64,000 nt of DNA from Amoebidium appalachense (lineage: Eukaryota; Protista; Ichthyosporea), in contig CAVNZM010000018.1 in NCBI GenBank assembly GCA_963693365.1, forward strand, positions 1,774,728-1,838,727, written 5' to 3'. The notes beneath the pieces were generated by a model. That model made no database searches. It saw only the letters and a program-made list of their open reading frames with translations, and had not been told where the DNA came from. A program made the translations under genes and the position numbers. Position 1 is the stretch's first letter. Each line of letters opens with the position of its first letter. This document shows positions 22,296 through 64,000 of this stretch, piece by piece.

Positions 22296-23000
22296 TTAGT
22301 GAGGTCCATAGAAGGGCTCGCAGCAGTAGTCGTAGCTGCAGTGCATGGAAGATGTGGTTGCAGGCTTGCACCTCATAATCCCACCGACCTTGGGATCCGT
22401 CTTGTACTGGGAGCCAGGGTTACACGTGATCACCGTGTCGCACCGAACGAACGAAGACGGGGGAGGAGGGGGAGGGGGAGGAAGGAAGGGTTTGCAGCAG
22501 TAATCGTTGCTGCACTGCGCGGGTCCACCGGCTGTTCCAGGGTTGCATTTGATGACGTTTCCGTTGTAGTCCGTCTTGAACTGGGACCCGGGCATGCACG
22601 TGAGAACGGTGTCGCACGAGACGATGGTAGGGGGAGGAGGGGGAGGGACGAACGGTTCGCAACAGTAGTCATAGCTACAGTGCATGGAAGATGTGTTTGC
22701 CGGCTTGCAGCGCATGATTCCTCCGACCTTGGGGTCCTTCTTGTACTGGGAACCGGGAGCACACGTGACCACCGTGTTGCACCGAACGAAGGAAGGTGGC
22801 TTGGCGCAGCAGTAATCAGTAGAACAGTGCATGGATGAAGTTTCGCGGGGCTTGCAACGCATCACCCCGTTAGTTTTGGGGTCTTTGTTGTAGACGTCGC
22901 AGGCGATTTTGTCGGCGCAACTCACGAAGGAAGAGCCGGTGCTGGCGCCCTGCGCAGCGAACGCGCAGGCGGCGAAAGCCGCGAGGTAGGTAGTGAGCAT
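22296..23000 (-). CDS. Intronless secreted protein with four 6-Cys repeats and poly-Pro linkers (234 aa)
   Basis: MLTTYLAAFAACAFAAQG signal-peptide-like start; repeat (F/I)VxCx5Cx17-19RCKPx6HCSxDYCC x4; strong GC3 codon bias. Confidence 0.85.
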   Translation of the reverse strand: MLTTYLAAFAACAFAAQGASTGSSFVSCADKIACDVYNKDPKTNGVMRCKPRETSSMHCSTDYCCAKPPSFVRCNTVVTCAPGSQYKKDPKVGGIMRCKPANTSSMHCSYDYCCEPFVPPPPPPTIVSCDTVLTCMPGSQFKTDYNGNVIKCNPGTAGGPAQCSNDYCCKPFLPPPPPPPPSSFVRCDTVITCNPGSQYKTDPKVGGIMRCKPATTSSMHCSYDYCCEPFYGPH

Positions 23001-25233
23001 GTTTATATTTTGCGATGGGGACACGATTTGCAAATTGGTGCGAGTGTTGATTTGAACTGATTCGAGTGGTTTATGTACTCTGGCGTCGGTAATATTGACC
23101 AATGAATACGAGGTGACTAAATTCATCCAATCAGAAAGATTGTTCATCTGGGGAGGTATTTTCGTCAGCGTTCCCTGCGCATTCCTTTCTTTAGATCTAC
23201 TAGATCTATCAGGATCTAGTCGTTGTTCACAAGTTGACAGAAGGCCTATCTGAAACTTGCGCATAAAAAAAAAAAAAAAAAAAAAACCCTCCAAGAAAAG
23301 GAGCAAAGCTTCTTCTGCAATCAATCTTCGATATGCGTCGTTTGTCTGTATAGTTAACGGTTTTTATATGTATTGGCTGTGAGCATATACATATCAGCTT
23401 CTAGAAAAAACAGCCAATAAAAACTACGCAACAAAAGTGGGCCAGACAGCCTAAGACTCAGCCATAGTGGTGTCAGCGAAATGTTTAGACAATGTTTTTG
23501 ACTAACACAACGAACTGGTTCACACACATGAAACTCAAACAACTGTTGTTGAAACAAGAGTATCATTTTCATGTTTTAAAAGTATTAGTGTCTCCGGAAT
23601 ATGTTTCGACCCAGGTCACGGTTTGCCTGCTTTTGCCTTCAAGCACTGGCCCAGGTCGGGCCCGGGAATTCTTCATAGCCGCTGACCGCTGATTCGTTCA
23701 GGCGAAGAAGCTTGACATAAAAGGAAAAAAGAAGAAGGCAAGCTTTATGTTCGATTGGCCACGCACACAGTTTGGCACGTTGCCAAGTTGGGCAATGGGC
23801 TGTAGCTGTGTGTCTTTATGTCCTGGCAGGACTCGAGAACAGTTTTGATTAGTCCGGATCCGTATATCGTGCTTCATGCGCATGTGTCCTGTGAGGGCCT
23901 GTATATGCTGGGAGAAGACCGTGCTGTAGATTTTTTTTGCTGTTCAACAAGCAAAATCTTCATTCACGTCTTCTTCCTTTTGGGTTCACATAATAGTGAT
24001 TCATCGCACACATGTACAGCCACCTGCATGGAACGTCGTGACAATTGCATGCGAATATGCCCTCTCTTGCGAGCCCATATTCCTACTGTATTTTGTGCCT
24101 TCTATAATAAATATTCCTACTTTTTAATTTTGTTTGTTTTGTAAAACCTTTGTAGCTATTTCTACACAACTATTCATAGGTAGCCGATGCTACACAGCGT
24201 AAACCCCCTCTTTTTCATGACGTGTGTGTCCAAATGTTGTAGCTGTTGGGACGTGCACGTGGACGTAGTCCATGTCTACATGTAGCTCGCCATCCAAGAG
24301 TCCCCCCCCCCCCCCCCCCCCCCACCCCTCTAGAAGCTAGATATCCCTCCCTCTCTCCTCTCTCGAGCTCCCTCTCTCACCTCCCTGCCCCCCCCCCCTC
24401 CCCCCCCCCCCGCCCCCCCCCCCCCCCCCCCCTCCCACCCCTCTCTGCCTCCCCATCAAAGCCTCCTCCCTCGCTCAGTCGCTTGAGCTCAATCACTCTC
24501 CCCCACCTCTCTGCGCGCACGCGCGCGCGTGCACATTGTCAAGCTGTGTGTGTGTGTGTGTGTGTGTTGTGTGTGTGTGTGTGTGTTGTGTGTGTGTGTG
24601 TGTTTGCGTTTGGGTACTAATTAGTAGCAGATTGCCTGGGTGGGTGGGTGGGTGGGTGGGCCCGGTGGGGAGGGAGGGAGGGAGAGAGAGAGAGAGAGGG
24701 AGGGGGGGGGGGGGGGGGGGGGGGGGTGACGGCTAGGCGGAAAACTCAGCACTTGCAAAGGAACCGAAGCCTCGAGCTCACAGCCAGTCTTTAATCATTA
24801 GTGTTGTGTTCAACAAAAAAGTTTAAAAAAACACCCGGTCACCCCACCGTTTCTATTTTTGTCTCACCGCAGACTAATCTTTCTATATTTACACAGTAAC
24901 CTCCTGGACCCTGGCCATGTATATTTACAAATTTGAAATCCGGTAATCGTCGAATAGAAATAGAGCCTTAAATTTTTTGAAATTTGATCGATGAATTCAA
25001 GTTATCTACCATTTTTGGTGTGTAGATACGTAGATAAAGAATTCAAACCGATGAAAATCCATCACCCGAGCAAAATACTTTCACTTTATCGCATGTTAGC
25101 CTAAGTCAATATAACACACCTTTATGCCTTGCATACATACAACCTCTTCTTCAGCCCCAATCAGATTGCGTGCCCCAAAAAAACCCATCCAATCAAATTG
25201 CTTCGTTTCCGATCAGCGATGATTTTTGACCAA

Positions 25234-39891
<14,658 letters not shown>

Positions 39892-41677
39892 CTCTGATAA
39901 CTAATATTAAGATGTGCGGTACACTACCAGAAAAACGCTGGGAAGAACAGGGTATGTTTACGTCAAGGTTGTATGTAGAGGGTGACCTGCGTCAAGGGAT
40001 GTAGGCCCAGAATTTGAAAACGAGGAGTGAAATGGCTTCCTAATCGGTTCGTTTATGGGTTGTGTTAAAAAAGTAACAGTATATAGCGTTCAGCTAGGAA
40101 GGGAGGATTTATCGAAAGGTCGTAGCAAACATGCGAGCAAGTATACCCCATCACAGAACACTGAATAATGGAAGGACGCTTCGGACACTGCAAGTCCCTA
40201 AAAACTGGACCGAAAAGATTCTTTTCTTTCTCTGCATTGAGAAAGAGATGAAACGTAATACACAAGAATTAGGTAATAATATATTTATAATAATAAACAC
40301 ACAACTGTAAAAAGCATGGCACAAAATCTTTAAACCATCACACCCGTCGCACCCACACATGCACTGTTTGCATGTTCGCCTCGAATCGCCACAGGAGGAG
40401 CACATTCCTGAATGGGCATCGCGCCATTTGATTGGATCGCAAAGCACCATGCAGCATGCTCCACCATGCTATTTGCGTCACGAGGAGGGGCAAAGTTATC
40501 GCTGGACATCATTTTCGAAGTTACGTAACTGGTCCTTCGATACTAAGGTTCGTCTTGATATATTGAAATAACAATTTTTTGCTTCTTTATTTCAAAAAAT
40601 CTCAAAACAAACTCAAATAATATAGTAATTTTGCTTACAATATTATTGCGTTCATAAGAAAAGTTTGAGGCCAGTGTGATGACCTTCAGCACAATGAGCA
40701 CCACATGAACTCATTGTAAATCTGCTGCCTATAGGTAGACCAATAGGAAAATACATCGAATTGGATTTGAGAATCTTCGATACATGCCTAGCCAATCATC
40801 GAGAAGGTGCAGGTTGCACTTGCAAACACAGATTGCTATTCCGGAAAGTTGATCTTTCCCTACAGAACATGTACAATACCATGTATACCAGGAAAAGGGA
40901 CGTACTAATATGCATAAACCTTTTTTAAGTTAATGTTCTATAATCATATTTTGCTTCACAGCCCCAAGAATTATGTATGTTACGACAAGGCTTTTGAAGT
41001 CAATCAATACAGCATCCGACGACTCGGAAAAATTCGTCCGTTGTAAATTTTGTGAAATAATATCTCAGATTTAGATATGCGAACACCGTTAACATACTTT
41101 CCGAAATCACTCGTCTTGCAGGGAAACTATATATCTTCCACTGGATATTGAAAAAAACTGGAATTATATTACTTCTGCTTATATTAAAACTGAACACTGG
41201 TCACTTTAGTCTTATCCACACCAGCAAAATGCACATTTAAGTCCTGTTGCACGCTGAGATCTTGGCCACGTCAGTACGTCGAAAGTCCACAGGGTTATCT
41301 CAGCAGCATTTGCAATTTAATTAATACGGTAAATATATTCCGTGCCAAAAGGCTCACGACCCCCCGTGTCGGCTCCGACTCGGCTGATCGTGCCATGAGC
41401 ACGCTCGGTGTGAACGAAAACATACTCGGGGCTTTTTGGGAGAGATTTTTGAGTTCAATGAGAGTAGTGTGGAGGTTCATTCAGAGAAGATTTGGGGGCA
41501 AGCCTGTAACCTACTGAAAGGTAGTGGAGGTGTTTGTGTGTGTATGTGTGTGTGTGTGTGTGTGCGTGCGTGTGCGTGTGTGCGTGTGCGTGTTTGTGTG
41601 TGTGTGCGTGTGTGTGCGTGCGTGCGTGTGTGTGTGCTGAAAGGTAGTGAAGGTGTGTGTTTTTTTGTGTTTGTGTT

Positions 41678-41791
<114 letters not shown>

Positions 41792-42034
41792 TGTGTGTGT
41801 GTCTGTGCGTGTGCGTGTGCGTGTGCGTGTGCGTGTGCATGTGCGTGTGTGTTCGTGCGTGCCTGCTTTTTTGCGTGCGTGCACGTGTGCGTTTGTTCGT
41901 GCGTGCGCGTGTGGGCGGGCGGGCGGGCGGGTGGGTGGTAGGGGTGGTAGGTGTATGTGTTTTAATGGACGTATGCCATACCTCGAGCACCTCGCGTGTG
42001 TTGGACACAACGTGTCTATGTGCCGCCGGGGGGG

Positions 42035-42071
<37 letters not shown>

Positions 42072-42326
42072 GGGAAGGGGGGGGGAGGGGGGGGGGGGGG
42101 TAAAGAGGGGTGGGGTGTGGTGGGGGGGGGGGGGGGGTGGGGGGGTGGGGGGGGGGGGGGGCAATTAATTAACACAAGTTAACGCACATCGGACGTATGC
42201 TGCTTAGTTCGTTTGAGATTACTTCCCCAACTCTCTTGTCGTCTGTAAACCAAATTCAAACCCCTGAGATCGTCTTTTTTCCATGCAGGTTCTCATCTTC
42301 CATCTTTGGTTTGCCGAGCACCAAAC

Positions 42327-58650
<16,324 letters not shown>

Positions 58651-58794
58651 GGCTGCCGCGGAAAGGACCGATGGATTTTCTTTACCTTTTTATTTTATTC
58701 AACCAAGTTGATGTTTTTTATTTTTCTATCTTTGGTGTGAGAGGGGAGGGGACGAGGTGTGTGGTTGCGGGGGGGGGGGGGGGGGGGGGGGGGG

Positions 58795-58841
58795 CTGTTT
58801 TATTATCGGCAGAGATTTTTTGATGCACTTCAATCAGTAGA

Positions 58842-58902
<61 letters not shown>

Positions 58903-58949
58903 CTGTTTTATTATCGGCAGAGATTTTTTGATGCACTTCAATCAGTAGA

Positions 58950-58997
<48 letters not shown>

Positions 58998-59046
58998 CTG
59001 TTTTATTATCGGCAGAGATTTTTTGATGCACTTCAATCAGTAGACG
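58795..59046. repeat. About 48-bp unit x3 separated by poly-G tracts
   Basis: ctgttttattatcggcagagattttttgatgcacttcaatcagtagacg, identical x3. Confidence 0.9.
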
Positions 59047-59452
59047 CTGGCCGGCTACGGTACGAGCGATTGAACGGGATACGAGCTATGCACATGTCGA
59101 AAACTTTTTTTGTGTGTGTGTAGGTGTGTGTGTGGGTGTGTGTGTGTGTTTGTGTGTGTGTTGGGGGGGAGGGGGAGGGGGGGGGCGGGGGAGACTGGTT
59201 ATATGCATTGTATATTTTCGCCGTTCGAAAAACACATATTTAGAATGCATGTATGAACTGTATGATCATGGTATGAATATGACGAGGAAGCACAAATTTT
59301 AAAATTAAAACTAAACTTTAATTTAAGAATTGATATTTATACAGGTTGGTATTCGAAAATTGGATGATATGTTTGGGATATGAATGGTATTTAGAAAAAT
59401 TTGGATGGTATGTTAGGAAATCGGATATGAAATTTAGGAAATTGGTTTTTTT

Positions 59453-59488
<36 letters not shown>

Positions 59489-60165
59489 TTTTTGCAAGTT
59501 TGTGGTTTGGGTTGGGTATAGTTAACTCTAGTTATCGTCACACCTGGGCAATATTAGCATCACGACAGAGCTGTAAATGTAGAGTGCTTTCAGCAGTAAA
59601 AGGTTAGTGCAAATATAAGCTGCTGAACTTGATCCGATCGGCTTCCTGGATCCTGCTATGTAGCCCCCCGCAGCTGGGGGCCCTCTCCCCTTAAACACAC
59701 ACACAAACACACAAACACACGTGACACACAAAACACACACACACTTACACTCAAACATAAACGTGACAACCGCTCTAAGACTTCCACTCAAACCAGGCAT
59801 ACACACGACCGCAACGTACCTCCCCCTCCCTCTCCCCCTCCACCCCCCGCCCCGCCCTCCCCCCCCCCCCCCCATCTCCCCCTCCCCTCCCTGGGACCCC
59901 CCCCCCCCCCCCCCGGCCCCCCATACCCCCTTTCCCCTTCCCCCTCTCGGCAGAAAGAACAGGGGGCCACAAGTCATGCACCCGCATGTGTCAGATGAGC
60001 ATTTATTATCCTACGGGCTTCATTGTTTTCGACTACGCATACGTGTACGGTCACATGTGTGTGTGGTAGTGAGCCCCGGGGGGGTCGTCACACACTCATA
60101 TCCATATATGGGATATATGCCCACATATTTCTTCCCGACATACCCACGCGCTCTCTCTCTCCCTC

Positions 60166-60204
<39 letters not shown>

Positions 60205-60633
60205 AACACACGCACACACATACACACCCTTCCCACATGATACAATGTGGGCATGCGCATGTGCATTACGTGATCATGAACAAACAATAGCAGGCTACTT
60301 AGTTATAACCACAACCTGTCCCCAAATTTAAACTCGTAATTTAAATTTTAAATCCAATGGTTTTCTCAAGTTCGAACGATCCGCCTCGAGCTCGCACATG
60401 TAGCAGTTATGATGAAATCGAATTTGCGACGAAATTTTTAATTTTAAAGAAAAGGAAAACAAGGGGAGAGGGAGGGGGGAGGGGGGGAGGGGGGGGGGGG
60501 AGGGGGGGGGGGGAGGGGGGGGAGGGGAGGGGAGGGGGGGGAGGGGGGGAGCGGGGGGTGGGGGAGAGAGAGAGAGAGAGGGAGAGGGAGAGAGAAAGAA
60601 AGAGCGAGGGCGGGGGGGGGGGGGGGGGGGGGG

Positions 60634-60668
<35 letters not shown>

Positions 60669-60689
60669 GGGGGAGGGGGGGGGGGGGGG

Positions 60690-60720
<31 letters not shown>

Positions 60721-60963
60721 CGAGAGAGACTATTTGCACATGCAGTCGATGTGACAATGCAACTCAATTTAATCCCTGTTTATACTTTCAAAGTCGTTAT
60801 CCTATCCATTTTATTTTATCCTAGAGTTGCAATTCGAAGAAAAACTATTCCTGGAACCAGCCCCAGTGATGATATGAAAATTTAAAGCTTCTACATTATA
60901 TCAACATCTGCCGGCGTGTGATCACCATGTAACACGTACGATTTATATCAGCAATTGCACAGT

Positions 60964-61030
<67 letters not shown>

Positions 61031-61140
61031 AGGGGAGAGGGGGGGGGGGGCAAGCGTCGAAATCATACAGAAAACCACAGTACATTGCGCGGGTTCACCA
61101 AATTGGATTACAAAAGCTACAAACCCATATTTCTCCAGTC

Positions 61141-61243
61141 TTATCACATTGTCACATTGTCACATTGTCATTGTCACATTGTCACATTGTCACATTGTCA
61201 CATTATCACATTGTCACATTGTCACATTCTCACATTGTCACAT
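61141..61243. repeat. 8-bp microsatellite (CACATTGT)n
   Basis: About 12 imperfect copies. Confidence 0.9.
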
Positions 61244-61642
61244 TCGACCACAAATAAATAGTACACACACGAAACTTCAACAAACATTTCAAGGCAGATG
61301 GCTCGAGAAAAAAAAAAAGAATTTTTTTTGAAAATGCCACGACCTAATTTCACCTGTTATACATTTTGACAAAAGTACAACCAACAACACTGCTGTGTAC
61401 TAGTAGAGGGGTACGGCACCAAAAACGGGCATATAAGTGCATTTTCAAACCGGTTTTCCGGTTTCTTCGGATGCAAATGTGCCGTATTCCAGGGCCCGAC
61501 GACACATTTGCGCGAAACTACAATCAGACGTTCACTTCGAAGGGGTTAAAAGAAAAGGGTGAAATCAAATAAAAACTTAACGAGGACTGGCGAAAAAAGA
61601 GGGGGGGAAAACCGTTCACTGGGCAACCTGAGAGGGACGGGG

Positions 61643-61677
<35 letters not shown>

Positions 61678-62445
61678 AACAAAGAGAATTGAAAATAGCA
61701 AGTGTTTCGCGTTGCCAGCCTGCCATATGATTGGCTAAGAATCCGCCCCACACATGATATGATTGGATCGCAATCCCCCTTATCTATGATATGATTGGCT
61801 GTCAATAAGCATTATGATTGGATAGCAACCACCAACCACGGCACAGCCAATCCCAACATCGTCCCCGCCGTCGCCCCCACCGCCACCCAAAATCCCGCCA
61901 AAAGCCCCATCTGTCCATTTTTGGTACTTGTCACGTGACCAAACCACGTGCACACCCTCGACCTTTTCCCGCCGCCCGCCGCCGGTTTCCCTTCAACCAA
62001 TCCCGTCGTGGGAACAACCCACAACGGCATGCTTTCATTGGCTGATTCTTCCTTCTCCGGGACTTCCCCGGATGACGTAATGCTCGCGGCCCGGTGGAGG
62101 GGAGGAGGGGGCCAGTAGTGTTCTGGCGTGTTCCATGTGGGAAGAAGTAACGTGACCGTGGTCTGTTTGATTGGTCGATGATGGTGGCGGAACGTTTGAG
62201 CGAGACGCGCGGGCGGGTTGGGCGCATATGCACCTGTGGTTGGAAGCAGGCCGATTGTTAGATTATTTTGAACTCTTTTAATTACGATGCATGTTGACAT
62301 GGGTTTCCAAAATCTTCACTACTTCATAAAGAGTATTGACAGAAACTGGGGAATCTGAAGTCTAGGGCGGTGATATCAGTGACAGAACTGCCTTGTGATG
62401 TGATTTTTTTTCTCTTCTTCTTTTTTTTTTTTTGGGTGGTAATGG

Positions 62446-62477
<32 letters not shown>

Positions 62478-62536
62478 GGGGGGGGGGGGAGGGGGCGGGG
62501 GAGAGAGACGGAGGGGGGAATGGGGGGGGGGGGGGG

Positions 62537-62836
62537 TTTTGAATGCGTCAAAAAGTACGAAGTACACAAGAACAAACGGATAACACGATGCAGAATGCAA
62601 GCCATACATAAAGAGTATGCATAATAAGCAGAGCCCATCCTCAGGGGGGGCCCACGTCATCCACAGTACCCGAGTTTCGACCTATTCCCCTCGTTAACGA
62701 AACCCAACTCAGATACTGTTTCACTTGAACATGAGTAGGTCACCCGTCTTGATCAGAGACGAGCAGGGTTGCTTATGCAGGCAAGGGCAGTGGGAAAGGC
62801 CGGGGGTTAAAGTTGCAGCAGTAAGCAGAAGCAAGA
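62537..62836 (-). mobile_element. Second long copy of the interspersed repeat
   Basis: High similarity to the reverse complement of 50213-50538. Confidence 0.75.
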
Positions 62837-62939
62837 AAAATATAGATAGGAACTCAGGAGACGGGGCTTCTAGGAAGCTCCCCCGTCGATACCTAAGTCG
62901 ATACTTCCCTGGCTAACATACTACACCAGCTGAAAAGAA

Positions 62940-63614
62940 TTAAGTCCCGAAGGCCACAGAATTCGGGGGGGGGGGGTACCTTAGATGTGCCATGCACGCA
63001 CAGTTAGAAGCGCGAAACGGCTCCGTAGTACCGTAGCTGTCCTCCTGCCAGACTTTTCCTGCTTCGGAATTTTCGCGCGAATTTTCACGGAACATCGTGC
63101 GAATTTTCCGACATCTACAAACCGTAAAAACCACAGAAACCACAATCAGCCACGCGGCAAACATTATGAACGCGGCGTTCCAAGCTCCCAGCACATACGA
63201 ACTCGGAATAATGAATTCTCCCGTGTTTACTTTCCAATTTACGCAATATTCGGGTATATCCTGGGCCTCCTGCTCCAGGTACCACCCGTATTTACCGTCC
63301 TCCAAAAACGCCTCTTTGATTGGTCGCCCCCTCCATTGGATTGGCTGGTCGTATCCAAGCGCAAAAACCGCAGTGGCGGGAACGTCGACGTTCAGGACGG
63401 GGGTAAAAATTTCCTTTCCAACCCGCGATTGGCTGAAACCGCCTCCCCATAAAATTAAAGTCGTCTGTAATTGGTTGATTTTAAAATCCCCGTGCATGAA
63501 CCCGGAGTCGGTTCGGCCGTGGTCGCTCACCAGAAAGACCAACGTGCGCTCCTTCCTTCCGGAATCTTCGATGGCGTCCAAAAAGCGACCAATGGCGGTG
63601 TCCGCATTGTTGAC
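62940..63614 (-). CDS. 3' exon of an alkaline-phosphatase-superfamily (phosphodiesterase/NPP-like) single-pass membrane protein
   Basis: D.AIGRFLDAI...TLVFLVSDHG...HG...LILWGGG...VDVPATAVFALG motifs; C-terminal hydrophobic helix; acceptor ctccag at 63615; upstream exons not identified. Confidence 0.8.
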   Translation of the reverse strand, partial: VNNADTAIGRFLDAIEDSGRKERTLVFLVSDHGRTDSGFMHGDFKINQLQTTLILWGGGFSQSRVGKEIFTPVLNVDVPATAVFALGYDQPIQWRGRPIKEAFLEDGKYGWYLEQEAQDIPEYCVNWKVNTGEFIIPSSYVLGAWNAAFIMFAAWLIVVSVVFTVCRCRKIRTMFRENSRENSEAGKVWQEDSYGTTEPFRASNCACMAHLRYPPPPNSVAFGT

Positions 63615-63861
63615 CTGGAGAGGGGGGGGTAAAAAAATGGTGTCAGATCTATTATTAAAGCCACAACCAGATAGAACATGGTAGGAGAAATCGAAGATTG
63701 GTGTGGTATGCCTGCACACACGGGGGCCGGGGAGAGGGTGTGTGTGTGTGTGTGCGGGGAGGGAGGGGGGGGGGGGGGGGGGGGGGGGGAGGGGACATCA
63801 GAGACCGGCTAAAAAACACAGCAGGAGTCGTGGATGTGCCACGGGGCGTGGTGGTGGTTGT

Positions 63862-63897
<36 letters not shown>

Positions 63898-64000
63898 GGG
63901 AGGGGAGGGAGGGGGGGGGGAGGGGGGGGGGGGAGGGGGGGGGGGGGGGGGGGGGGGGGGATTTCTAAGGTCTGTTTTCCAAACCGAGCAAAAATGACTG

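Noticed and set aside
58795-59046. Identical repeats with variable spacers resembling a CRISPR array
   Set aside because: Spacers are pure poly-G, no cas genes, eukaryotic context.
61141-61243. (TGTCACAT)n as an iteron/origin
   Set aside because: Single-orientation simple microsatellite with no linked replication gene.

Overview
Eukaryotic genomic DNA, most plausibly from an intron-rich unicellular opisthokont/holozoan-like protist (inference). There are two compartments. (1) About 1-10.8 kb is an intron-poor, virus/transposon-like element, probably continuing left of the window. It holds a D5/DUF5906-type SF3 helicase with an iteron-like origin at its 3' end, a five-finger C2H2 protein and a giant-virus-type Bro-N/KilA-like fragment. 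A 5.3-kb cassette of coiled-coil orphan genes plus a 1.07-kb TTAGGG-containing array is bracketed by inverted repeats, and a 379-bp near-perfect GC-rich palindrome sits at the border with host DNA. No capsid, polymerase or integrase is visible. (2) About 11.6-64 kb is host DNA: paxillin (9 exons), an intronless secreted Cys-repeat protein, two head-to-head ABCG half-transporters, and the last exon of an alkaline-phosphatase-superfamily membrane protein. Many host introns have (GT)n/poly-G near donors and (CA)n/poly-C running into acceptors. Many exon ends have degenerate 'echo' copies in the neighbouring intron that differ mostly at synonymous sites. Most long ORFs in the supplied track are microsatellite artefacts, and several homopolymer frameshifts look like assembly errors.
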